From assembly GCF_006345805.1 (NCBI RefSeq), contig NC_043005.1, positions 109,058,001 to 109,122,000 of the forward strand: a DNA stretch of 64,000 nt, written 5' to 3'. The stretch's first letter is position 1; every line of letters starts with the position of its first letter. The position numbers and the translations under genes are program-made. This DNA comes from Octopus sinensis (lineage: Eukaryota). Shown one piece after another: positions 24,098-36,811 of this stretch. A model generated the notes under the pieces. It was not told the DNA's origin and searched no databases. It saw only the letters and a program-made list of their open reading frames with translations.

Positions 24098-24471
24098 TAT
24101 AATCAAAATAAGCAACAAGGATGTCTAAGGTAGAGTAGTACAATTGTTTCATGCTACTTCATTTTATTAAACACTGTAAGTATTATATCAGTTTTAAAAT
24201 GTTGAGCAATCTTCATCTACATATAGAATTTTTCAATTAAACGGACAATGCACATTCTTATACTTATTTCATTTGCCAATATTACAAAGAGGGTAGATGA
24301 AATAAGTATAAGAATGTGCATTGTCCATTTAATTGAAAAATTCTATATGTGGCTGAAGATTGCTCAACATTTTAAAACTGATGTAATACTTACAGGGTTT
24401 AATAAAATGAAGTAGCATGAAACAATTGTACTACTCTACCTTGGATATCCTTGTTGCTTATTTTGATTATA
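24098..24471. mobile_element. Palindromic foldback MITE, ~175-bp arms and 24-bp loop
   Basis: TATAATCAAAATAAGCAACAAGG...CTTATTTCAT mirrored by ATGAAATAAG...CCTTGTTGCTTATTTTGATTATA. Confidence 0.88.
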
Positions 24472-24637
24472 TTTATATATGTATATATAAATATATATAT
24501 ACATACATATATATATGTATATACATATATAAATACATATATAAATATATATATAGATAGACTGACAGAGAGATTGATGGTTAGATAGATATGAGTATAT
24601 GTATATATATGTATATATGTGTGCATGTGTGTGTAGG

Positions 24638-24679
<42 letters not shown>

Positions 24680-25235
24680 GAAGGAAAGAAAGGGAATGTG
24701 TTTCTTCTTGTTCATCACAGTGTCTGATGTTATTTATCCCAAATGTGTTCCTTCTGTGATGTAAATTTATCTGACATTTTACACACTCCACACTTAATTA
24801 CACACTTTAATTAAAGTGTGTTGACACCTATTCCATGCAGACCTTTTAAAATTTGAATGACGATAAAGAAGTCCTAAGATCCTGTCAGCCCCTCAGACTT
24901 GAGCTGCTGAATATCAAATTGTTATGCAAATGGGAGTATGCAGATAATTTTGTACACTGACAATTTTGTATGCTGACGAAAGATTTCAAGATTTGTAGTT
25001 TTGCAGTGGCAAAGATTGGTATTATTCAAATTTTTGCTGGACCCATGTAAAGCATAGAAAAAAATACTTTGAATATTTATATGCATTTGTATGTGTTTCA
25101 TAGAGATGGTCAGAGTTCAGATTTAATTTGTAATACTTACCTACATGCAAACATACATGCATATATTTATATATACATATGTATACACATATACTTATAT
25201 ATATATAATATATATGTATATAAATATATATATAT

Positions 25236-25297
<62 letters not shown>

Positions 25298-25409
25298 TTA
25301 TTTATATATATGTATGTGTGTGTGTGTATGTGTGTGTGTGAGTGTGTGTGTGAATACATATATATATATATGCACACACACACATACACACATACAGAGT
25401 GTATATTCT

Positions 25410-25804
25410 GTGCCTCAAGTGATCATGTTCGGAATTACATCTGATGGAGTATATCCAAAAATGTGATAAAAGGAGAAGACAAAAAAATTGAATGAAGATT
25501 GGAAAAAAATTTGAGTAAAACAAAAAACAAAACAAAAAGGAAGTATAGAAAAGAAGACAAATAAGTGATAAGATTATGTATTGAAGGATCTAATTTTATA
25601 AAATATTGTGTATATGGACTATGTGTGTGTTTGCATGTGTATACATGTGTCTGTTGTGTCTGTTATATATATGTGTGTGTATTTATAAATATGTATATAT
25701 ACATATATATATCTATATATGTATTTATGCATATGTGTGTGTCTGTGTGTGTGTCTATGTATGAGGGTGTGAAAGTATATATAGATATACATACACACAC
25801 AAAC

Positions 25805-25839
<35 letters not shown>

Positions 25840-26083
25840 TATACACACATATATAGACATGTATACATATACATAAATATAAATGCACATACATACACAT
25901 ATGCATATTTATACACACAATTATTTCATCATATACTTAATTTGTAATTTATTTGGCTTCTTTCACTTTTTATTCTTTTTTCTCAAATTCTCCTTATCTT
26001 TATTCATTCAATTTTGTATCCTTTTATCATCTTTTTGGATATACAACATCAGATGCAATTCTGAATTACAGCACTTGAGGCAC
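25410..26083. mobile_element. Old foldback element: diverged inverted arms around a microsatellite
   Basis: GTGCCTCAAGTGATCATGTTCGGAATTACATCTGATGG... versus ...CATCAGATGCAATTCTGAATTACAGCACTTGAGGCAC. Confidence 0.7.
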
Positions 26084-26802
26084 TTTATGTAGTCTTAAAA
26101 ATCTGTGTATTTTATTTTTTATCACTAGTATATCTTAACACTGACCAGGCACATGATGTAAATACATATCTGTATATCTAGCTAATCTGTTTATTTATAA
26201 ACTTTATATTTCTACAGTGAAACTCTAAATCTCAACTTTGAATGAAAAGAATGAGCCCTACAAAGACCTGAAGATAAGAGTAGAGTTTTAATCTCCCTCC
26301 TAAACTATACCTTTTAGTTTTGATTTGCTTCACTAATTAACTGATCTATTACAAAACTCACCTATAAACACTCATAAGGAAAAAATTTCTAAATCTCATA
26401 AACCTATAGATAATGCTTTTAATACATCTATTTCAGCTTATTTTAGTTTTATTAGATCGTGGTTTTTGTAACTTGAAGAGAATACCTAAAAATAATCTAT
26501 TTCAAATTTGAATTTCATCTGGGACTGCAGCAATGATAAACTGATTGGAAATGTATTCTGAAAAAATCACAATTTTTCTGTATTTCCTTTGAAAAGATAA
26601 TCATCAGGTTCTTTGATCAGATTTTACAAATAGCATTTGAAATAAACTGCTGGAAAGTAAAACAAGGCTCTAGGTATAGAAAATGGATGTAAAATGATTA
26701 GGAATAGCAAAAGCTATAGTGAATGTAATAATTTTTGTGCTAACTTTTATCAGCACCCATAAAAATATTAAGAACATTCAAATATGCATGTGCATAAATA
26801 TA

Positions 26803-26862
<60 letters not shown>

Positions 26863-27017
26863 CCTTTAAGTTCTTTTATGGGCAGCATTTTGAGTACACA
26901 TATAAAAGTTCCTCTTTTATTATGCCAGCTAGAGCCTAATGATACCAGTTTGGGGGGACTGCACTGAGCTGTGCTGATATAATGTAGGATGAATATAGTA
27001 ATAGCGATCCTACTACA

Positions 27018-27098
<81 letters not shown>

Positions 27099-27137
27099 TA
27101 ATAATAATAATAATAATAATGATAATAATAATAATAA

Positions 27138-27500
27138 ATGCCTTGATGCAGTGCCAGGTAGTGGCTCTCATGGCTTCTGATCTTAACTGATTGGAAGTGT
27201 TATCATGTACATTGTTTTGTCTTGGTATAAAAGATGGGCTACAGCAAATATTCTGCTCAAAACCACAGATTTTACTTGTCAGTTGTTTGACCGTAACCAG
27301 TTGAGCATGACCCTTAGTGGCTGACAATATGTGCATCTCTGATCACGAATAGAAGTAGTCGAGGAGCATCATAGCCATGTGTTGAAAAAGAATTCTTGGG
27401 TGTTTGGATGATTCACCTCTGTAAACATGGGTGGTTCGTTCAACATCCTTAAACAATCCTTATTCAGGGATTTTTTGTTTGGGATGGGCTACTCAGCCAC
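27138..27500 (+). mobile_element. Repeat family G, 3'-truncated, starting within (AAT)n
   Basis: Reverse complement of part of 46488-47038. Confidence 0.8.
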
Positions 27501-27717
27501 AAACTGATGAACTATAAAATGAGTCAGTGGGTAAGCATGTGGTGTAAATTTCAACCTGTTTTCTCGCCTTTTTCTCAGTTCAAAAACCAGTTACAGGCTT
27601 CCATTTGCCCTCCCTCAATTGACAGAATATACATTCTGTTACACCTCAGCTCAATATTTTACTAAATTTCCCTTCTAGGACATATATAAACACTGCTTCA
27701 TTGTCCTTTAAAAACAA

Positions 27718-28140
27718 GTAGGAGTAGCAGTGGCTGTGTGGTAAGTAGCTTGCTTGCCAACCACATGGTTCTGGGTTCAGTTCCACTGCATGGCACCTTG
27801 GGCAAGTGTCTTCTACTATAGCCTTGGGCCGACCAAAGCCTTGTGAGTGGATTCGGTAGACGGAAACTGAAAGAAGCCCATCGTATATATGTATGTATAT
27901 ATATATGTGTGTGTGTGTGTTTGTGTGTCTGTGTTTGTCCCCTCAACATCGGTTGACAACCGATGCTGGTGTGTTTACGTCCCCGTAACTTAGCGGTTCG
28001 GCAAAAGAGACCGATAGAATAAGTACTAGGCTTACAAAGAAAAAGTCCTGGGGTCGATTTGCTCGACTAAAGGCAGTGCTCCAGCATGGCCACAGTCAAA
28101 TGACTGAAACAAGTAAAAGAGAAAGAAAGTAAAGAGTAAG
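27718..28140 (+). mobile_element. SINE family A
   Basis: Full-length match. Confidence 0.9.
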
Positions 28141-29810
28141 TATGTTCTCTTTTTCACTTTACTGGATAAATTCATTGATAAAGGGAACATTATCTTTTGT
28201 AACAAGCCTTATCCATTCTTCCTCTTTCCTGACCAGCCTTAAGCTAAGTTGCTTCTTTGGACCCACAATGCTTGTAATGAAATATGTTGTGGTAGGATTT
28301 TCATTACCGTTTGTACCGTTTTAATTAATTTTACTTTTAGTCACCCAATTTACAACTGTAAGTATAAATGTTTTGCCTAAGAGCATTGCTTGTATGTTTG
28401 GGATTTTCATTGACTTTTTAAAATTCTGTTTTTCATTTTAAAGAAATAAGGGTCATGTTTTTATGAAGCTTCTACTACTAGTAAGCACCTCTTCCTGTTT
28501 GCTTTGGGACAGTCATCTTACTACAAGCAAATGTTGTAAATGGCTATTTGCTAAAAACATGTAAACATTTAAGATGCTTATAGACAGCTATTCTTCTGGC
28601 CCAGGTAATGGGGCAGACTCACAAGTAATCTGAAAGCCTTCCATTAATAAATGGTAACAAAAGAAAAACAACTTATTTTTGTAAAATAATCCAGTCAAAA
28701 ATTATTTCCTTCGCTTTGCTCTCTTAGGGACTTCCTTTTGCTTCAATATACAACAATAAAAAAGAGCAACAAAAACAACAACACCAGCAATCAAAAACAA
28801 CTTCAATAAATTAAATAAAAAGTGTATTGGCATTTTTGTATGAAAGTTGATTCTCCTTTAAACAAATTAGGGTTTCCACTAAAAATAAGAATATTAAATA
28901 TATAAACAAATCTAAGTTATAATGTAAAACAAAATCAAAAAGTATTAAAAAGATAAAATAGAATAAAATATCATAGAATTAAATAGAAAGTGAAAGTAGA
29001 GAAAAATAAGTGAAAAATTATCTCAAATCAATAAAAAAATTACCATAAGGAAAAATAGATAGGAAAAACCAAGATAGAAATACAAAATATATAACATATA
29101 AAAAGATAAATACAGTAATAAGGTGAAATCCTGAATTTAATAATATAAAAAAATAATAAAAATAAGGGGCAAAATGAATATGTAATAAAGAAGAAAATAA
29201 ATGGTAACAAGCTAAAAATATAAAAGAATGTAAAGGAAAACATATAAAGTCATATATAAAAATTAAACAGTAAATAGAAATATAATATAAATATAATAAT
29301 GATATTGGTATAAAATCAAATTAAATAAAGTCTAAAATGACAGCAATAAAAAATTTATAAAATTATAGAAAAAACACAGAATATAGAAAAAATATACAAT
29401 ATACTCAGATAAAAAAATTGTAAAATAAATTGAGATAAAATATATTTGATTAGAGAGAGAAAAATAAAAAAATTATATAGTCTGCATGCACAGTCATAGC
29501 AAGAAAATGCGGAGTTGGTGGTGGTGTTGTTTGTTGGAGCCATCAGGGGGCGTTGATGATCAACCATTAATGTCAGCAGGTATTAATAAAATGAAGGCTA
29601 TGTACATGAAACAAATTAGCTAGGCGAGTGTTTCATGGCGGCTTTTGGCTATTTTTGGAGTCTCCTTTCTATTTATGTGTATATATGTGTCTGTGTGTAT
29701 ACATAAATATTTTACAATCTATATATGTATGAATATACACACATAATATATAAATATATGTGTGATTGTATGTATGTATGTATGTATATATATATATATA
29801 TATATGTCTG

Positions 29811-29872
<62 letters not shown>

Positions 29873-30394
29873 TATGTCTGTATGTATATACACATATTTA
29901 TCCTTTTAATTTTCTTTGCAAGTATTTCTTTACTGTTTTGTTTCTTTCCTTGTTAAAAATAACAGGGGCTGAGATGATGGAGAGAAAGAAGTGGGACATA
30001 GGGAAAATGTTAATGAAAGGTGCAGGGGAGTTGGAGAGTGTCAGAATGGCAGAATTTGTCAAATAGAAAAAGACATAAATAGAAGGATGACAGAAGGGTG
30101 ACAGAAAGACCATCAGGATGATACCATAGTCCAAATGTATCTAACTGCTGTTTATCTCACTCACACACACACACACACACACACACATATTCACACACAC
30201 ACACAGAGACACACACACACCCCTATATGAGGTTTCTCATACACATGACATTTATGCATTTGTATATGAATACATACATGTCTTAACACATTGATCATAT
30301 CATTATGTATGTATTTATATGTGTGTGTGTGTGTATGTGTGTGTGTGTGCGTATGTGTGTGTGCATAATAGTATCTAATCAGTGTATCAATTAA

Positions 30395-30897
30395 CATCAT
30401 CCTCATCGTCGTTTAACGTCCGCTTTCCATGCTAGCATGGGTTGGACGATTTGACTGAGGTCTGGCAAACCAGATGGCTGCAACAGGCTCCAGTCTGATC
30501 TGGCAGAGTTTCTACAGTTGGATGCCCTTCCTAATGCCAACCACTCCAAGAATGTAGTGAGTGCTTTTACATGCTAACGGCACAAGGCCAGTCAGGTGGT
30601 ACTGGCAACGGCCATGATCAAATGGTGCTTTTTACGTGCCACCTGCACAGGAGCTAGTCCAGCAGAACTGGCAATGACCTCGCTCGAATGTTTTTTTTCA
30701 CATGCCACCAACACAAGTGCTAGTAAGGTGACGCTGGTAACGATCATGCCCGAATGGTGTTTTTAACGTGCCATTGACACAGAGGCCAGCTTGTTGCTCT
30801 GGCAATGATCTCAATCGTATGGTACTCTAGCAATGGATGCCAGTCACCGAGTTTGATTTTGATTTCGATTTCACCTGCCTCAACAGGTCTTCACAAA
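30395..30897 (-). mobile_element. SINE family D with internal ~60-bp tandem units
   Basis: GGATGCCCTTCC motif, (CAT)n tail side, repeated GTGCCAC...GGCAA units. Confidence 0.8.
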
Positions 30898-31296
30898 AAT
30901 CCAATCAATCTTTGAGTAGTATAAGTTTAATAAACTTCTTCAAATCTTTATCATTTCTAGAAAATGTTAGCATTTAAACAATACTTGAATCAGAGTGTTC
31001 TCTGTCATTTTGGTTAAAGACAGAATATAGCCCTCTGATTGTTTAGAACTAAACTCGTATTAGTTAATTAATTAATTAATTAGTTGATGTTATATGTAGC
31101 ACAGTATTAGTTCTTATTAAGGGAGGTCATTTTCATATGGGTTCAACTAATAAAAACGAAATAAATTCATGGTGTATCAATAAACCAAGTTGTTAGTTAA
31201 TTTGTAAGCTTAAATATGTTCTTTCATAGCTGCTTATTGATATGTACCAATATAATCGACCGAAATATCGTAGGACAATGTAAATAAGTAAATGGT

Positions 31297-31697
31297 ATTA
31301 CTCTTTTACTCTTTTACTTGTTTCAGTCATTTGACTGCGGCCATGCTGGAGCACCGCATTTTAGTCGAGCAAATCGACCCCGGGACTTATTCTTTGTAAG
31401 CCCAGTACTTATTCTGTCGGTCTCTTTTGCCAAACCGCTAAGTGACGGGGACGTATACACACCAGCATCGGTTGTCAAGCGATGTTGGGGGGACAAACAC
31501 AGACCCACAAACACAGACATATACATATATATATATATACGACAGGTTTCTTTCAGTTTCCGTCTACCAAATCCACTCACAAGGCATTGGTCAGCCCGGG
31601 GCTATAGCAGAAGACACTTGCCCAAGATGCCACGCAGTGGGACTGAACCCGGAACCATGTGGTTGGTTAGCAAGCTACTCACCATACAGCCACTCCT
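31297..31697 (-). mobile_element. SINE family A flanked by a 92-bp direct repeat
   Basis: 31205-31296 matches 31698-31789 with 3 mismatches. Confidence 0.92.
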
Positions 31698-32268
31698 TAA
31701 GCTTAAATATGTTCTTTCATAGCTGCTTATCGATATGTTCCAATATAATCGACCGAAATATCGTGGGACAATGTAAATAAGTAAATGGTTTGGCAGGAAA
31801 ACTTTTAAAGGGTTGTATAGAATCATTCAAGGTTTTAAATGCATGTTGCTTTTGGTACTCGCTCTGGTTTGGAGGTGTTAGAGAAATTTTAAAATGCACA
31901 GAGTTCATGATTTCACTCAGAATGTCATAGAGGGTTGCTGCCCCTTGGCTGTATGTAAAGTATATCACTGGACGACCATGAGTGAATATCTCATGAGATA
32001 ATGACGGATCTGAGTGGATATTTATATTTTTTATCCAACTTTGCTGCTGTCTGAGGTTTATGCACACCAGTACTCTGAAATCAGCTCATTTCGTTCCAGG
32101 AATGGTGACCTACAACATTTTAAATGTATCATTAATGGCATCCAATTCACAGGTCTTGGAGTGCCTAAAATGGTTATTGGCACAGTCCTTTTCTCCAGGT
32201 TCAGCAAATAAACAAAGTTCTGTGTTGTGTTTTAACACTTTTGAGTTGCAATGAGAAGACATGTGGCA

Positions 32269-32488
32269 CCCTTTCATTACCAACCCGGCTGAAACCAGCT
32301 CTGGTTCTGAGTACAAATGTTTTGTTTTCAAAAGTTTTGAACAAAAATCTTCTACCAAACCTTAGTCCCAATTTATGTTCCTAACACCAGCTGAATGATA
32401 ACTAAGTTATTTTACTAAATTCCTTGTTATATTTAAAGTAATTGAAAGAAGCACAGAGCATCTCAAAATAAATACAGTAACAAAAGGG
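32269..32488. mobile_element. piggyBac-type MITE family 1
   Basis: CCCTTTCATTAC...GTAACAAAAGGG|TTAA; left TTAA not preserved. Confidence 0.8.
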
Positions 32489-32499
32489 TTAATGACCAG

Positions 32500-32790
32500 A
32501 GTGTACAGCTCATGATCATAAGGCTACGAGTTCGATTCCTGATGGTGTGTTGAGTCCTCAAGCTAAACACTTCGTTTCCACTCCAGTCCACTCAGCTGGC
32601 AAAAATGAGTTGTACCTGCAACTGAAAGGGACAATCTTGGCACAATCCATGCCAAGCTGAATCTCTCTGAAAACTACATTAAGGGTGCATGTGTCTGTGT
32701 TCGGCCACTTGCACATAAATTTCAAAAACAGGCTGTTCTTTTGATCAGATCAACTGAAGTACTCATTGTCATAGCTGACAGAAAACCAGG
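32500..32790 (+). mobile_element. Older diverged SINE family B2 copy
   Basis: GAGTTCGATTCC B box; CTCCAGTCCACTCAGCTGGCAAAAATGAGTTGTAC body. Confidence 0.75.
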
Positions 32791-32854
32791 CCTCTATGCT
32801 GCTACATAGCTTAAACTTTATGGCAGTTTACGACACATTTTATATCAACATATT

Positions 32855-33179
32855 TAAAGACTCCGCCGGTTACGACAACGAGGGTCCCAGCTGATACGAT
32901 CAACGGAACAGCTTGCTCGTGAAATTAACGTGCAAATGGCTGAGCATTCCACAGACACGTGTACCCTTAACGTAGTTCTCGGGGATAATCAGCGTGACAC
33001 AGAGAGTGACAAGGCTGACCCTTTGAAATACAAGTACAACTCATTTTTGCCAGCTGAGTGGACTGGAGCAACGTGAAATAAAGTGCCTTGCTCAAGGACA
33101 CAACGCGTCGCCGGGAATCGAACTCACAACCTTACGATCATGAGCCGAATGCCCTAACCACTAAGCCACGCGCCCTCAC
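32855..33179 (-). mobile_element. Young full-length SINE family B2 with 12-bp TSD
   Basis: TSD TATCAACATATT at 32843-32854 and 33180-33191. Confidence 0.92.
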
Positions 33180-33214
33180 TATCAACATATTAGTCACTAT
33201 GTGATAGTGTAATG

Positions 33215-33552
33215 TGTGAAGGTGCCTGGCTCAGTGGTTAGAGCATCGAACTTATGATCATGAGGCTGTGAGTTCCAATCCTGGACCAGGCTGCATGTTG
33301 TGTTCTTGAACAAGACACTTTATTTCACATTGCTCCAGTTCATTCAGCTGTAGAAATGAGTTGCAACTTCACAGGTGCCATGCTGTATCGACCTATACCT
33401 TTCCCTTGAATAACACTGGTGGCGTGGAGAGGGGAGGCCAGTATGCATGGGCGACTGCTGGTCTTCCATAAAACAACCTTGCCCGGACTTGTGCCTGGGA
33501 GGGCAACTTTCTAGGTGCAATCCTATGGTCATTCATGACCGAAGGGGGTCTC
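33215..33552 (+). mobile_element. tRNA-derived SINE family F with 11-bp TSD
   Basis: TGGCTCAGTGGTTAGAG A box; TSD GATAGTGTAAT at 33203 and 33554; second copy at 51198-51505 (minus). Confidence 0.8.
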
Positions 33553-34097
33553 AGATAGTGTAATAAGATAAGAATTGTCTCTTCTATAAAGTGGGTGGTT
33601 GCTCCACTTGTATGAAGCTGATATTTCTCATCATTGGAGGTAGTGAGGGGCAGAGTATCTAATGTGAAATAAGAGTGTGGGTTGGCAGAAAAGTGGAAGG
33701 TGGGACTGAGTATCTGGGTGTGGATATAGATATGAGATGTGAACCAGCAGAAGTATAGTATGTTGTATCTGTGCTTATGGGAAAGAATTTTTATTAGTAT
33801 GAAGAAGGTCTGGCTATGTTTGCTGCTATATTCATGCTGAAAAAGGGTTTAAACCATAGGAATTTTTTATAACTGTACATTCATAAGAAGGTCACTCTGT
33901 TGATTGTCAAAACACCTCAACAATGCCAAAGTTATTGATGTTATCTGGATTTCTACTCGGTGAATCTGAATGACGATTGAAGGTAAAGAGTGTAAGGAGT
34001 CAGAAGAGGAACAAGTAGTTCATGAGAGTACAACCAGAAAAAGGGATTTCTAAAAGTGCCCTCACTCATGCCAATGTACAATTTTCTATCTTTGCAT

Positions 34098-35455
34098 TAC
34101 TCTTTTACTTGTTTCAGTCATTTGATTGTGGCCATGCTGGAGCACCGCCTTTAGTCGAGCAAATTGACCCCAGGACTTATTCTTTGTAAGCCTAGTTCTT
34201 ATTTTATCAGTCTCTTTTGCCAAACCACTAAGTTACGGGGACATAAACACACCAGCATCGGTAGTCAAGCAATGTTGCGGGGGGGGGGGACAAACACAGG
34301 CATACAAACATATATACACGCATGTATATATATATTTACTTTACTTTTACTTTATCCCCGTCTGTCTTGATAGACAATGGGTTGCGCCAAGGGTGGGGCC
34401 TACTTTGATGATGAGCAGCGTCTGCTGTGACTGAACAGTCCAATTCTAGAGTGGCAGTCCTTGGTACAGTTGCTGCACACGAACATCGATGGGTACGTGT
34501 GGGGTGTTGCTGCAGTTGTCCTCCTCCTGTCCCACCTGTCCAACCACAGCTGTGCTCTCCTCTCCTCAGCCATGGAAACGCCTTTCCTCACCGTCCGACG
34601 CCAGGCAGAGCGGTCAGCAGCTGTTTCCTCCCACGTGTCCACACAGATGTTGGCAGTCCTCAGGTCGCGCTTGCACACGTCCCTGTATCGTAGCTGTGGA
34701 CGTCCCTTGGGTCGGGATCCCGTGGTGAGTTCGCTGTACAGGATGTCTTTGGGCATGCGACCGTCCTGCCTGCGGCAGACGTGTCCGAGCCAGCGCAGTC
34801 GTCTCCGCACAAGGAGGGCATACATGCTTGGCATATTGGTCTGTTCCAGGATGACTCCGTTTGGCACTCGGTCCTTCCAGGAGATGCCAAGGATCCGTCG
34901 AAGACACCGCATGTGGAAGCCGCTGAGGTGGCATTCCTGCCGGGTGTATGTTGTCCAGCTCTCACTGCCGTAGAGTAGGGTGCTCAGCACACAGGCTCGG
35001 TACACTGCGATCTTGGTGGTTATTGTGAGCATGTTGTTTTCCCACACTCTCCTGGAGAGCTTAGCCATGGCAGCAGCAGCCCTCCCAATCCGTCTGTTCA
35101 GCTCCGGCTCGAGGGACAGGCTGCTGGAGACCGTCGATCCCAGGTAAGTGAACTCGTTCACCACCTGCAAGCTGTGGTCGCCGACACTGATGCTGGGGAC
35201 CCCTCCAACGTCCTGGCCCATGATCTCTGTCTTTTTCAGGCTGATGGTAAGGCCGAACTCTTGCCTGCCAAGAGTATATATATATATATATATATGGCGG
35301 GCTTCTTTCAGTTTCCATCTACCAAATCCACTCACAAGGCTTTGGTCAGCCTGAGGCTATAGTAGAAGACACTTGCCCAAGATGCCACACAGTAGGACTG
35401 AACCCAGAAGCATGTGGTTTGTAAGAAAGCTACTTACCACAGAGCCACTCCTACA
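34098..35455 (-). mobile_element. SINE family A split by an RTE insertion
   Basis: Head at 35276-35455 and tail at 34098-34334, interrupted within its (TA)n. Confidence 0.9.
34335..35275 (-). mobile_element. 5'-truncated RTE/BovB-like LINE with an open ORF2 C-terminus
   Basis: EFGLTISLKKT, FTYLGST, LLYGSESW, CLRRILGISW, LRWLGHVCR, GRPQLRYRD, C-terminal CSNC...HSRRC; 3'UTR hairpin and (TAAAG)n-like tail; GC 53-67% in two counted 60-mers. Confidence 0.95.
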
Positions 35456-36811
35456 CCTATTATTACACATATTACATTTCTCTTATGGCAAAACGAATCT
35501 TTTACATTCAAGTCTGTTCTTTTTTGCTTAAATGTAGCTTGAGTGTAGGTAAGTATATAAACTCATTTGAATTACAATAGTTATCCCTCCTTTCACGGTT
35601 TGTTTCAGATAGCTTTTTGATACAAGGAAATATAACTGCAAAAAAGAATCAAAACTGGATTTGTACACTTGTCTTTCTGGGAAGGTGTATTTTCTGACTG
35701 ATTATATTTCACATCCTGTGAGAAAGTAACTCACTTGCTGTGAGGGCATAATATGATTTATAAAAATCCCCTCATTTCTAGAACCACTACAAAAGACATA
35801 TGATCTAGCACAGAAACTTATCGAATGCAGGAAATAGAGGGCATAAAGGAATCTTCAATATATTTATTCAATTCGTTCAATAGACCAGCAAATTATTCAT
35901 TAACAGATTCCTTACCATTCCATTTATTTACTAAACCTCTTTATTACTGAAGCACAAATATTCCTCAATTTATTGTGTTGTACCAAACAAACATATTTAT
36001 GCTGAAATACGCTATTAAAATCTGCTTCAATTAATTTTAAATTACTGAGCAATTTGGAAAGATTTAGTAAAAATGCTAATGATTTGTTTATGGTTTTATG
36101 AAAATGAACAAAGCTTTTTATATAAATCGCCATGAATAATTATAATTTCAATAGAAGCTCTTTAAGATAGCAGGTTTTTATATTATAGAACTATGGGTGG
36201 TCCCAGGTGGGTTACTCTTGAATAAAGTAGTATTTTGTCTTTTACATGGTATCTAAAAATGTAAAAAACAAAATACTACTTTTGACGGGGAATTTTGGTA
36301 GAGCTACCAAAATTCCTTCACACTAAGCACCACATGATCATTTGAATGATATTCCTCATAGTGGCTCTATATACAGAGATTGATGACTAATTCTTCCACA
36401 AAAAAATTTCCAATATTGAATGATATATTTCATATAAATCCTTAAATCCTTAAAAATGTTTTAGCCCAAAGGCCGCGGCCATGCTGGGGCACCACTGCTG
36501 AAATAGGCTAAATTTTAGGATGAAACGTCTTTCAGTAAAGGTAAGATACACAAAGTGAAAGTCTTGATCAAAATATTGACTTTAATCCTCTGTCACTGAA
36601 AGACTGAAAACCTGCCCCAACAGAGCTGACAATAATGATAACAACATGAGTGCAGAAGAGAAAGGGAAAAGAGGAAATTTATTATACACTGGTTTAAACT
36701 ACACATTGTTGCTACTTAATTTACTTAACCAAATTTCCAAACATTAAAAAAAAATTATAATTAGGGAACAGCAATAAATAGGGGTCATCTGTAGATATGA
36801 CAAGTCTTTAA

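Noticed and set aside
28150-28322. Open minus-strand frame NGTNGNENPTTTYFITSIVGPKKQLSLRLVRKEEEWIRLVTKDNVPFINEFIQ
   Set aside because: Bounded by stops, weak splice signals, no homology recognised.
28880-29480. 600-bp A-rich stretch as a coding or structural element
   Set aside because: Low-complexity, no periodicity or open frame of note.
31717-32067. 116-aa minus-strand ORF
   Set aside because: No recognisable motif or convincing splice donor; its end runs into the 92-bp duplication.
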